From Acanthaster planci (taxonomy: Eukaryota), in NCBI RefSeq assembly GCF_001949145.1, contig NW_019091357.1:2515920-2579919 (forward strand): a stretch of DNA of 64,000 nucleotides. Reading direction: 5' to 3'. Positions 41,198 through 54,246 of this stretch are shown here, one piece after another. A model generated the notes under the pieces. The model saw nothing but the letters and a program-made list of their open reading frames with translations, ran no database searches and had not been told where the DNA came from. A program made the translations under genes and the position numbers. Position 1 is the first letter of the stretch. Each line of letters opens with the position of its first letter.

Positions 41198-42217
41198 GAT
41201 GCCTTCACGCGAGTGCAGAATCTAGACAACCTTGGGCTTTAGACACACAGTTGACGATAACCGTTGTGGGATTCATTCCATTTCAATACCAGCATCAACT
41301 GTATGTCTTTTGCAGAAAACGCTAAAGCTACATTACACTGCAATAAATGGTATAACATTCGGGCAAATAAACAGTCAACAGCTTCAAGTACAAAATTACC
41401 AACACACACAAAGACAAAAAATATGAACAAACAAACAATGTACTCTTGTCCATGCAAAATGAAGGAATATCAGGTTTTAGTAAGATTCTCCTGTAGTTAA
41501 CTTTAAACTGAGCGGAGAATATTTCTGATAAAAGGGTGCATGCATTTAGCCAATCAAATGTCAATCTCTGCATTGTACCAGAATGATGCACACGGGCCTT
41601 CAAAAGAAAATACCCAAACAACTCACAGATACCCAATGACCAACTCACAGATGCATAAAAGGGGGTCTGGCACCAAGACTTTGAGCGGCTGAAATGTTCA
41701 GGAGAACCACTGAAGATGTCTGGCTGAAATTCGGTCCACTACATTTAAGAACTTGGCCCGGACAAGAAGGTATTTGAGACATATGGTTAGAGTTTCTGAA
41801 GCTAGTCTTGGGTGGTCCCAAGTCATGTACTTGTACTTCTATGTGCCTTGCCGATACCGTTTCACGTGAGCTGAATGACCTGTAAGAGGTTCCAGACTGG
41901 GAAATTCCCTTCTTATGCCCAGCAAAATCTAATTGTATGCAAATCTTTGGCACATATGATCAGAAACTCCCCAATTGGGAGCTCAGTTCAATCTCATGCC
42001 ACTAATTTACTTTCGGGGTGGTTAAGAAAATCATCCAAATTTTATTGTCATATCCTCTCCAAATAAGACTGCAAAGAAACCTGCCGGTATCAACAAAGAC
42101 TTCTTTTAAAATTCTGAAAAATGCACAATGAAGGCACAACCAGTTTAACAAAAAAAAGAAAAAGAGAAAGTGAAAAAGCTTTTGTGTGAGCGCTGGGACA
42201 CATACTGTGTCTCTTAT

Positions 42218-42473
42218 ATGTGACCCGCTCGGTAAAATTAAGTCACCAGCCTCCGGAGCTACTTTTGAGTTTTACTTTGTATTGGGTTGAGGAATTTGAG
42301 CTCTTTCTGTTGATTTGTCACTCAGTTTGGTATAATGAAAATGGGCATTGCATCGATGTTAAAATGTTGAGGATTCCTGTTGCTAATACACTGTGCCAGA
42401 TTCTTTTGAAGGCCTTCAAGTCAAAAGTGGCTCTGGAGTCATATAGGACTCATTTTCACAGAGTGGGTCACAT
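42218..42473. mobile_element. MITE-like element with ATGTGACCC TIRs
   Basis: ATGTGACCCGCTC ... GAGTGGGTCACAT, with imperfect pairing extending about 25 bp inward. Confidence 0.6.
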
Positions 42474-43050
42474 GTGGATCTGAATCTCAATCGGTGGTCC
42501 CTGCGCTGGTTCCCTTGCATGCTGGCATATTATGTGCTGGTGCCCCAATAAACTGCTTTTAGAAATGTCAGATTTTTCTCCAGGATGGATTTTGACAAAT
42601 TAATAATAAAGTGTTGTTGGACTGTCAACTAAAGGAAGAAACTGGCCTTCAGACCTTTGAGATCAATCTCCAGGATGCACTCCCCCTACAAAAAACAGCT
42701 CCCCTACACTGGAAACTAATCTTTATTCAGAATTTACATTTATCTGTCAAAACTGACTTTGGCTACCACTCATATTCAAGTGAGCCTCTGTACAGCTCTC
42801 ACCGGGATTTGCCAAGTACATGCCATCAAAATGGCATTATCTGTCCCCACTGTCAGTTCACTGTTGACAGAGTCAACAGCGGTCAACTGTTTGACAAATA
42901 ATCCAATGGCTGAGTAAATCCACTCCTTTGTTGTTCAGAGATAAGCAGTCACACAATTCCCCTCATATTGTTAGGCTACACTTCTACTGCATTTCTTGAC
43001 AAACCTTAGAACATGCTTAGACTGGAGATTCAGGTTGGTTTGTTTGCTTA

Positions 43051-43529
43051 TTTCATAGAGCTGCTAAAGCACAAAATTTGCTTAAGCGGGAAAAAAATTG
43101 GCTCAATAAACAAAGGTTACCTGCTCAAATTTTATCCGATTGTCATGTTAACCGAAAAACAGTTAAATACAATCCCAAAACAATATACATCACATGGAGC
43201 TTTGGCTGGTTACCTTATTTATCAAGTAAGGTTTTCTCACGTTTAAGCGAATTTTGTGCTTAAGCAGCTCTATGAAATTGGCCAACAGAGCTGCTTAAGC
43301 ACAAAATTTCCTTAAGCATGAAATAACCATGCTTAAAAAACAAAGGTAACCAGCTCAAACTCTATGTGATTGTCATGCCAACCAAAAGACAGCTAAATAC
43401 CATTCCAAAACAATATTATACACCACATAGATTTTTGGGCTGGTGACCTGATTTGTCAAGCCATAGAGCAAGTTTTGTCCACGCTTGAACAAATCTCATG
43501 CTGTAGCAGCTCTATGCAATTGGTCCCTG
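43051..43529. mobile_element. Tandem pair of the CATAGAGCTGCTTAAGCAC MITE
   Basis: Two adjacent ~235-bp units (43051-43283, 43287-43529), each bounded by GAGCTGCT.AAGCACAAAATTT / GCAGCTCTATG.AATTGG; same family as 34359-34619. Confidence 0.8.
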
Positions 43530-44144
43530 AATGTGACATTGCCAAATGCCTGAAATTAGACCCAAACAGGCAAACATACTAACATGAACAATTTTGTTTT
43601 GCCACTAGCACCTTTTGGTAGGACAAGGTCTCATACATGTAGTTTAAATGTCACAAAATATTAAACCAAACTGAAAAAAACAACCACCGAATTTTGCTTT
43701 AAAGTTGGGACTTTTTAGCTGAACATTTCCTTCGGCCATTTTGTTCCATAACTTCTGCTTTTAGTCGGGCCAATGCAAATACGTGGTCAGAAAATGGCAG
43801 ATGTCCGACTCCAATTTCACGACATGCCATTCACTTGGTCTCTTCCCCCTCCCATCTCGATCTCTCTGAACTTGGCAAATCCCCAACCCTGGGCATGGGG
43901 GGGGAGAGAGATTTGAAACAATTTATTTTTAGTCAAAGTAAAAACAGGAGTGAGATGCATATCTCCAACCTATGATCACGGGGTGAACGACTCCAGACCC
44001 TGAGTAGAACAGTGGGAGAGGAAAAGGGCAGGAAAAGTGGTGGGAGAAGGGCGGGGGAAATTGAAAAACATGGAATTCTATCAAACACTTGGCCGCTACA
44101 GCATACAGTACATGTACTAATCCAATTCCACTTATTACAATTTT

Positions 44145-44408
44145 TATCATTATTATTAATAATTTCTAGTAATGACACCAAGGATTCCTCAAAAGCACCA
44201 TAAGCTTGCAAGCCGGAAGAAACCTGCAGAGTGGGGACAATGAGAAGCAGTTATGCCGGCAAACTCCAGAGGAATATTCTGGGTAAAACCCACGGAATCA
44301 GGGAGGGAGTGAAAATCCAATCTAAACGTGGACTAGGCGGGGATTCGAACCTGGACCACGGAGGTGGAAGGCAAGGAAAGAACATCTACAGTAATCTGAC
44401 ACCCCTTG
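44145..44408 (-). mobile_element. tRNA-derived SINE, copy 2
   Basis: Minus strand has B-box GGTTCGAATCC, the shared core GGGTTTTACCCAGAATATTCCTCTGG and a (TAA)n-like tail; homologous to 1204-1460. Confidence 0.75.
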
Positions 44409-44595
44409 AAGTGGAAATCTAGGAATAAACTAGTTACATATCACTAGTCACATCGCCCAGAATGATGCAAAATTACAAGAAGTTGATATGACGAAGAGAC
44501 AAGAGATTGGTACCCGTACACAGCTTGAACCCCCTACCCACAGTAACGACCTCAGACATGCTCTCATCAACTCGGCATTCTATACCCAGCAAGAA

Positions 44596-44698
44596 NNNNN
44601 NNNNNNNNNNNNNNNNNNNNNNNNNNNNNNNNNNNNNNNNNNNNNNNNNNNNNNNNNNNNNNNNNNNNNNNNNNNNNNNNNNNNNNNNNNNNNNNNNN
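44596..44698. other. Assembly gap
   Basis: Run of N. Confidence 0.99.
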
Positions 44699-46180
44699 TA
44701 CGTTGCTGCATATGCGGCATTTTACCCCGTAGATGTTTCTTTAATTCATTAATTGCCATTTTGTACATGCAGCCATTTTGTAGTACATGTACACGTAACT
44801 GAACTTTCACGGTGCCAGGCAAACACAAGAAGGGCACAGTTACATGTATTTAGCACTACACACCTTTGTGAGCGTGGGTAATGATGGTACATGTACATGC
44901 GCCTGCTGAATTGTTGGTAGTGTCTCAAGTACTGTGGATTAACCAGTACATTAACAAATGTACACTGCGATAAAGAGCGAGTTGAAATCTCTGCAGGTTC
45001 GCCGCCTGGTGGGTGACACTGCACAAGGCAGGTCACAAAGTACAACAGAAACTGGTGCCACTTGTGGTTTCCTGTTCCCATGCAACAAACTCAACCGGGT
45101 GGAACTACACATCAATAGAACCTAAAGGGCTGAATTCCCAGTGAACTGCACTCCATTACAGTGTTTGCTCTATTGAAGTTGCAGTTTTGTTTTTCTTACA
45201 AGTGGCTGCTGCAATTATTTTGGGCCATCTAGACAAAACTTACAATTTTAAGTAAAAGAACAATTTATGAAGTGTTAAAAATCCCACACAGCTATCAAAA
45301 CACCAGATAATGATGCCTGTTCTGCTAAAATTATTAAATGAAAATACAGTTCTCTCTTTAGTAATGCGACAAATATGCCTACATTTGAACAAATCTGAGG
45401 TAAAATAAAAAAATTAACCCAAGAGTGATTTTTCTGCAAACCGGAGCTGCCCAGACAAATTGTAGGCAAAATGAGAGTGGTCTTTAAAGCTCCGTCAGAG
45501 CTAATATAAAACACCAGGCATGCAAGACTCGCCAACATATTCAGCAGTGAGAAAAATTTATTGATGATGATGAAACAATTACTTCAATGCTGTCATTCTT
45601 TACTATGTAACCAAACATGTTACATTACTTAAGTACTGAATATACCTGGTCATTAAATTGAGTAACATTACATAAAATAGGATTATACATCTGATAAATT
45701 AAATGAAATTATTTTGGTTTAAGGTTACGCAGGAACGCTTTTGCACCCCTACCTATAGACAGACAACCATACAATCTAACATAGGACAGACAGATGATGA
45801 GCAAGACCAAACAAACAAGAGTGACACAACGCTGCATTAATAGAGCAAAAACAAATATGATTCATGAATATGAGCCAAGCAACTGGGTTCTTCGTTTTCT
45901 GATATCCAATAACTGCAAAGTCCTTTTCTAGAAGATTATGGTACTGAGCAATACTCGATATGTACCAATTTGATATCCGTGTTCGTATGGAAACTGTCTA
46001 CAAATTTATCCTGATCATAATAATCACAAGGGATCACTTTCTCTTCCTACGACTCTAGACGAGCCTATCAGTTATCATCATTTCACCACAGGTGGATAAT
46101 GCAGGCAATATCCACAGTACTGTAGGTACAAGTTCACTCGAATGGAATGGTTACCAGATCATAGAGAAGAGTGCAGCAAA

Positions 46181-46326
46181 AGAGTACCGAAGTGTGACGT
46201 CACTGTGAACCAGGAGGTGCAGTGCAAACGGATGACGTACACGCGCGCGTTGGTTCACGTGCTGGTTCTTGCGCTAATGCCTTTAACACACTAATTGTGC
46301 GCGTGACGTATTCACTTCGGTACTCT
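46181..46326. mobile_element. MITE with AGAGTACCGAAGTG TIRs, copy 2
   Basis: AGAGTACCGAAGTG ... CACTTCGGTACTCT followed by ATA; homologous to 5584-5744. Confidence 0.85.
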
Positions 46327-49300
46327 ATATGCACGGGGAATACAATACACGTGAATCCGACATGTCTGATGAAACATTTCTTTCTCCTTTCTGGACATCT
46401 ATCCCAACTGCAGGACTGCAACTGGGCTGCCCTGACTTGATGATCAATCTGTCAACGTTCCCTTGACCCTTTAATGTGAAGTTGTACACGGCATGTACAT
46501 GTCTTCCAATGCAACACGTGCAGATCCAAACCATCTCCAATTTGATTTTGTTTGATATTTTTTGGAGGCTCACAACTCGAACACAGGCCTATGCCGCTAT
46601 GCTGTTTCATTCAAGGCACATGTGTAGTACTAACATTCAGACTAACACAGAAAGAATTCCATACCGATGCCACGCGCTCAGAAAACACATAGTATTTTTA
46701 CGACCAATCTCATAAAGTTAATGCACAGTGTGTATGGACCTCTTTCTAAATCTGGCCCTACATATTTAGAATCATGACATTTCTACTTCCGTCCTCTCAT
46801 GGACCATAGCATGGACAGACAAACATTGATGTATGGAGGAGTATTGACAGTACTGTTGACTGATATTGGTATTTGGGCCCACACCATCCTATTCGACCCG
46901 GCGTGTCACTACACATGGGATAAACACAAAAGAACCACGCCACATCGATGTAGCAGCGGCTACGCTTGAAATCAATTCATTACTCGACCCATGGCATTGG
47001 AGGAATAAGAACATGTCGATTGTCGAACCACAGACAAGGGTCCCACATATCCAGTTATGTCTGTTTCGGGGCCCCTACTCGACAAGCTGTGCTTCCCAGT
47101 GGTCCCTCCACCTTCGGGTGTGTGTGGAAATAAAGTAAAGTAAAAGTAAAAAAGTAAGGGTCGAACGAAGGCAAAAGTGCTGCTTAAAGTCACTGAAAGT
47201 GCACGCGCGATGCTGTTGAAATCAGTCAACAAATCTCCCTCAACCAGAGTAAAGTGATCGGAGATAAGATTCACACCTTGTTATCATTAAGCAAATAGTT
47301 ACTCACCTAATACATCCAAGTGAAGGATACACGATCGAATTGTTGACTTATTACCGGTAAAATCGGACTTCAATGAGCATGCATTCCGCACATGCACGAT
47401 TCTGTTACGCATGTGACTTTGTGGGTGGCCTGACGCGATTGTGTTGACCGCAAGCGGGACTTTTTTCTACACAAGAGTCCAGGGAATAGACCATGTACCT
47501 GTCCTTCCCCATGGGAAAACGAAGTCTTGAGAAGAGACTAGTGTCACTGAATCTTACTCGTCAGATGGGAGGGTAAAATCCAGACCGGCGATAAAATAGC
47601 CTTTTGTCAAGTCGGTATAAGCCAACGTGCTGTGTAAAAAAAAATTGCACACCAGTGTCGTATGACTACTATGCACTGCATATGTACTTTTACATTTTCC
47701 AAGTTTCGGTGTTGTCATGAATCGGCTTGGTGAAATTTTTCCTCAAACTAAAAAACTCTTAGCCTTATAACTTGGCCTTATTTTACCAGACCAACATTGG
47801 GAAATATATCATCAATCTACAACCGTAAATGCTTTATTTAATACGGATACAAGCGGCTTCGATGGCAGAGATAAAGCCAGTACTGGAATAAAACCGAACT
47901 TTGATAAAAATATAACTATATGCGCCAAGCTCGGCCAATCAGCTGCCTGATACCTGTACTCAGCAACGAATGGCCGAAGCCGGAACCAGGCCCACTCCAC
48001 ACCCCCATAAAGATGGCTCCTCCTCCCGTCGGCAAGGATGGTTTAAGAACCAAATTTTGGGGGAGGACTTGTTTTTTTCGGGGGGGGGTGGGATTTCGAA
48101 TTTTTTTTCGTATATCAAACAAAGGCCTTTCTGAGGACGAGACCACATTTGGGTTTTTTCCACTCTTTTTGTAGAAATAAAAAAGAAAAAGACCCAAATT
48201 GCCCTTCTTGTCATTCTCTCCCCAAATCCCCCCCCGGGGGGACGACGTCCCCAGCTGACCACTCTATTCCGTCCATAACCCAAACAGGACTGTCTAATAT
48301 CTTACTTGAACTTTCGGGAAAACGTGCCCAAAACTTTGACTGTTTTCAAACGATGGTCCGTGGACCCTATAAAGAGAAATGAAATATAGATAAAAAATAA
48401 CATGTCTCCAGACAAATACCCCTTTAACTATATCAAACTGAAAAAAACTGCAAAATCTTGATTTTCTGACTTACATTAAACATATCCCGATGGTTTGGGA
48501 CGCTAAATCGCAACTAGGAAGAAGTTGGCTCTAATTTCTCCTGTTTCCTTGTATATGATTGAAAACACATCACAAACATACCAAAAGCTTGTATAACACA
48601 TAGGCAATAGACTTAAACATAATATTTTAAAAGGGTGAATGGTATAAAAATGGATGGAAGTTAAGACAACAGGAAAGCACGAACACCCTTACTTTTTATT
48701 CAAACTTTTCATTGATGTTATCATACGACCACGTGAAGAAAACCGTGCATGAAACGGTCGTCATACCCGGGTGACGTTACTGGGTTAAAAAATTGATGGA
48801 GGGCGCTATTTTAGTTTGGTTTCTGCGAATGCCAAGGGCGGCGCTGCACCGCCGGCCACATCACAGTGGATGATCGTGACATTTCATGTATTTAGTACTC
48901 ACAGGCCGTGACCGAAACGGGCTTCCAGAGCTACGGCTAGGTCTATCGTCTACGCGTCTCCACGCATTTCCAATGGAGCGAAGACCTAGACCAAGCTCTA
49001 GAAAAGAGATTCGGATACAGCCTAAGATCAACCATCAGACTGTACCATGGTACGTCAACACCGCATATAACGAGTTTACCGTAGGCCTACCTTCTGGACC
49101 TTACCTGTGATGTGCCCGAGATCGTACATGTACGTTTAATTTCACAACTTCATTGTTGACCATGGAAGTGCTTAAATCATAGCGATTGCCGATGTTGAAT
49201 TATAATTTAATTTAAATCGCTAGCATGGCAATGATAAACTTGAATGTCAATCTGTCATTACGACATTTAGCCTAACGTTATCGTTAGCCATGGTAGCCCT

Positions 49301-49933
49301 AATGACAGGTAGACCTAGGCCTATACTATAGTATAGTATCCAATTTTGTTTTCACCCTCTGACTCCGAGTTGTGACGTGATGTCATGACTTTTTGCGCAT
49401 CGAACGATCTTATTGCGTGATTTGTCAATAATTTCGCCACCAGCTGATTGCCTTTCTTTGTAATTTATGTTTGTGAAAGATTCTTTTTACAAAGCAAAGG
49501 GAAGTAAAGTCAGAGATTTCGTGAAGAATCAATCGCGAAGACATGGCAGAGCAATCAGAAAAATTATGCAGATTTGCTGATGGCGTTCCAAAAATTCATT
49601 TTCTAGCAGAATTTTTATTGTTTTCATTTAACGTAATTTTTAGAGGAGTCTTTTGAGTAATCATTGTTGAGGTTATTGATGCTGATAAAAAGAGGTGTAA
49701 ATTGTATAACGACGGTACATTTTCTTCTTTTCTTTACCATGTTTAAATTACAGTAACTGCCAGTAACCAGGTAATATCATGGCCACTGGACTTGATCCTT
49801 GCTCCAAGAGTCCACCTTCAGAAACTTACATAACTTAAATGCCATGCTCAACACTGTTCTGTGCAATATGCAGCCATGCAGATGCGACATCGAACAGTGT
49901 CGTATTTGATGCGGTAGCCCTCGCATCTGAAAA

Positions 49934-52900
49934 ATGAGAATAGACTCTGGAAAAGACTCAGCCCGCGGCAGTGGGATGGCAGACGAGGGGGCCAAACCGG
50001 CTACCCAAGTGACCGCCACCACCGGTCCCCAGGAGGGACCTCCTTCGCAGACGACCAGTAGTGCCCACCCGCCGGCCCCGACCCCAGAAACTGCGCAGCA
50101 AATGCGGCGTAAGACTGGCGTGGAGCCGCACCGGGTGAGTCGCATACGTCTTATCCTAGATGCCCTGTTCCTGATGGCCGGCATGGCAACGTACGTAGCA
50201 GATCTGGCTACCGATGTTTCAGTTGGTAAGAAAAGTCATGCCGACAAAACAGGAGATGTATGCAATCATACGTATGAAGCCAAACCACGGTGGTTGTGTT
50301 TATATTGCGCATGTCCAATGTGTATTAGACTTGCAATGCAGCCGTTCATCGGTACATCAACAGTTAAAAACACCGCCGACTTATGTGAATTGCGGTAGTC
50401 AAGTGGTTACAGCATAATGGTTTGTGGTGAATGGGGTGTGGGTTCGAATCCTTGGTCGAAATTGTGGACAGGGAGGTTATTTTTTTTTTAAGGAAAATAA
50501 AGCCCGAATGTTATAGGAGCCTAATTTCACACGTGAAGTTTTTATGGTTGGTTGAGCATCTAGATGTCATGCCTTGTGCATGGCTGTGAACCGTGGTTTG
50601 GCTTCATACATGTGATTGCATATATAGCTCCAAAACAGATCAGATGTCATGAACTCTCACTTCTCTCCTGTTCTAGCAACAGAACTCATCTTTTTCTACC
50701 TTTGCTTCATCTTATCTCTTTGGCAAGCTAATGACAAATACTTTTTTCTCTATATGTGCATTCTAACGTTCTTTGTACAAAAGTTGAACTCTTAAAAGTA
50801 ATGAAGTGCCTTATACTAGATGCACCAATTTGTCAAGTTTGAAGACAAAGCGAATTCATCAGGGTTATGGCAAACGCCCGAACAGTTGTCAAATTCTCTC
50901 GGCTTGTTTTTCCCACACAAATTACGAACCCACCTTCACTCTCGTTTGAATATATTTGACGTCAGAGCTGAGGGCTTTTGCCAATTGGTGCATTTTGCTT
51001 TTCCAGCTGTCCAGTACATCTTGCTGGACGAGTACGAATGGAGCGGTCTGACCATTGCCTTCATCATCATCCCGTCGATTACCATTCAGTACTTCAGCTT
51101 CAGGTGGTTCGTCCTGGACTCCAAGGAGGTCCGGAAGGCGGAGCACGTGCCGTTCCTGAAGAAGGTGATGGACTGGATCCTGTGGCTACTCTTCCACGTT
51201 CTGCAGCTGGGCGTCTTGAAAAGGTACCACGCCGGACGAATCTTTGAACAAAACCCGATGCTTGATTTGTAGAGGAGGCTATTTTTTTGGGGGGGGGGAA
51301 ACTTGCCTCCTGAGAGGGGTGACAGAAGCAAACTTCTCTGGTGATCCGAGTCAGGCTGGTCGACTTCTGCCGTTATTAACACACTGCACCTATGAAAACT
51401 AGCTGCAGCGGCTACCGAGTGGGTTCTTATGGCTTTTGGTGTTTTATCCAGTCATTAATGTTGTATTTGGGTGTTGGGGGCAATCTTTGTTTCAGGTACT
51501 GGCGGACCGTGAAGTACGGTTGGCGGAGCCGAGAGAAACGCGACTACTATGACCTGAGCGTGTATGAATATCGGGACCTGACCATGCTGCGACTGTTGGA
51601 ATCATTCATGGAGGCCGCCCCACAGCTAGTGCTGCAGATATACATCATGACGCAGCAGAAAGACGTGTACTGGCTGACAGGTAAGAGGTGGCCTCCACTT
51701 GTAGGGCCTTCCCGTTGCAGTTGGTAACTACGAGTGGAGATCCCCTGATGTGGGCTCCCACTGGGTGTGAAAATGAATTTAGATGTAAATTTGGGACCCG
51801 CAAAAAATGCCTGCATTGAAAATTCCACATTTGGGCGCTTTTTGACTTTTGCCTCAGAACGTTTGTGATGTCAATGCTTCTGGTGTTCAATGTTGCTTGA
51901 AATTGGAACAGGTCTTAACTAAGTCCATGAAATCTTTTGTTCAATCTGTTATCAATAATTTAACAAAAGCTCATTCTTTTTCACAGTTTTAAATATCATT
52001 GTATCTGCCCACTCTTTACTCTGGCTAATTTTGGTGATTAACTGTACACCACTTCAGAAATAGGCGATCAAATCACCCATGCAGTATACACGTAAGATGG
52101 AATAAAACACATGTATAAATTTTCCTACAGCAACTTCGGCGATAATTTCTTTAGCGTCCCTTGCCTGGGGCATCGAGGCCTACCACAAGGCACTCCGCGA
52201 AGCCTGTAGCAACAAGAACAACTTGGGCTACATCGGGCTGACCGTGCGTATGGCCTGGCGCACCTTCACCATCACAGCCCGCGTCATCTCGCTAGCGCTC
52301 TTCGCCGCCTACAGCCTGTGGAGCTTTGTGGCCCTGGTGGGCGTGCACTACGTGGCCATGACGCTGTGGCTGATCTATCAGGACACGGACTTCTGCACCA
52401 CCCGGCTGGAGGAGGTGCTTTTCGACTGCGTGATCGGCATCATCCACATCTTCTGCTTCTTCAACATGAAGGAGGGCCGGACCCGATACCGGGCCGCCTT
52501 CTTCTACACCGTCATCCTGGTCGAGAACACCGTCATGTTTGCCCTGTGGTATCACTACGAGGGCAGGGACACGGACTACGGAAAGGCCGCTCTGGCATTT
52601 GTCTGGGGCGGGTTCTTCCTCGGCATCTTCATCATGCTGCTCTACTACCGCTGCCTCCACCCGAACGGCAGTATCCGCCTGTTTGGCAGAGCCCCTTCCA
52701 CTCCAGCCAAGTCGAGGCCCGCCGGCCGCACCCCGGAGGGGAATGCCCACTCGTACGAAAACACCGGCCAGGATACGGTCGACTCTCCCCTGTCGTGGGA
52801 TGATGTGGTCATACCCTCCAGCACCCGGGGTTGCCACGGCAACCTTTTCACTCGCAGGGGACGGCGATATTGCTACTGGAGGGTACAGGATGGGCCTTGT

Positions 52901-53080
52901 CCGTGCGAAGCGCCACCATCCAATCAGAGCACAACGACGGAACAACCGGTACCCAATGCCGTTGACCACAGCACGGTCGTTGTTGAGGACGGCGCAAAGG
53001 ATGTGAACTGCCATTGCAATGGAGAGGAGCAGAAGGCCTTCTCGCATGATGGAAAGGAAAGATTGGAGACTTATTTGTAA
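49934..53080 (+). CDS. XK-related protein (XKR4/6/7-like phospholipid scramblase family)
   Basis: Exons 49934-50225, 51007-51223, 51496-51680, 52131-53080, in phase with GT-AG introns (alternative ATG at 49976). Motifs YVADLATDV, IQYFSFRWF, HVLQLGVLKRYW, DLTMLRLLESFMEAAPQLVLQIY, WRTFTITARVISLALFA, IFCFFNMKEGRTRYR, MLLYYRCLHP. Confidence 0.93.
50251..50631. mobile_element. Inverted-repeat element (~40-bp arms) enclosing a tRNA-like SINE head
   Basis: ATGCAATCAyAyGTATGAAGCCAAACCACGG at about 50260-50290 is inverted at 50591-50621. Internal A-box-like GGTAGTCAAGTGGTTA and B-box GGTTCGAATCC at about 50394-50451. Confidence 0.65.
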
Positions 53081-53965
53081 AAATTCATTAACGATACCTG
53101 GATTGATACCGACAGAGCACAAGTTATGCAAGTTTTTCATGCATTTCAAGTTAAATTCAGCCACAGGAGTGAGATTCCATTTATGCCTTTACACAGTGCT
53201 GGTGGGTAGGTGGTTGGCCTCTTTGGGTGCTGTGAATTCCCAAATGTTCACGCGCATCCAGCTTAAGAACGCAGGTTTGAGGGCAGCGCCACCACAAAAT
53301 GCAATCTCTTTGAATTAGTCTATACATAGGCCAGTCAGATCACGCATCCAGTGGGCATCGTGACTTGTCAAATTCACTCAACAGGTGGAACTGACTGGTC
53401 ACCAGTGGTCAGTCCTTTGATTCAGTTCTGACATTGTAGTAATCTGTCTCCAGTTTGCTTTTGAGAGAGTGTGGACAAAATTGGTACCGAGAAAAGGAAT
53501 TTGGAACATTTCCCACAAAATCAGCATTGAGTTCAAATACGTCGGCCCTGGAAAGTGAGTTTTTTTTGCTGTCAAGGCAAACACATAATTGTCAGTACCG
53601 TTTTGATGCAACTGCTCACATTTCCTGGGCTTAGCAACTTACCCTGCTAAACCACTCCAGAAGACGGGCCTTGGTACATGTACATGCCACACGACCCTGC
53701 CACAATTTGTCATGCCATACTGAGCCGATAGGTCCTCACGATGTTATTGGATGTTATTGGATTATGCAAAACACTGCTCGAATTGAGTGGATATCGAATC
53801 ATTTGGGGACTGACCAGCTTTAGATTGTGTAAAGAAGATGCCTGCATGATCTACCTCAAGATCATCATGAATTCATTCCATTATTCCGTCATTTCTTTCG
53901 CCGGGGATTCTCTCCCTGTTTGTAGATTAATTGCATGACGTGCACGAATGACTGACCAATTACTG

Positions 53966-54246
53966 AGGGTGGGACATTTAAACGAAAAAAGTTCCAAATC
54001 CGTTTACAGATTTTCCCAAGTGTTTAAAAGGAACCGCTTTTAATTGATGAAATCCGGCATTCATTTTTATTGTAAACTATGCGTCTAAATATAATCTGAT
54101 TTTCCGAACAAATTACTGCTCGGTCCTAGGTATCAAGGGAATACCGTGAATTCATCACCTGAACTTTGTGTCAACTACATGTATTCACGTTGTATTCAAG
54201 TTGTCATGGTTAAAGTTTTCAATGACGCCCTGGTTAGGGTGGGACG
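53966..54246 (+). repeat. Dispersed ~280-bp repeat, copy 2, bounded by direct AGGGTGGGAC
   Basis: Homologous to 25931-26212; AGGGTGGGAC at 53966-53975 and 54236-54245. Confidence 0.8.

Noticed and set aside
52292..53164. 290-aa minus-strand ORF
   Set aside because: Antisense shadow of the GC-rich XKR last exon; no independent protein features.
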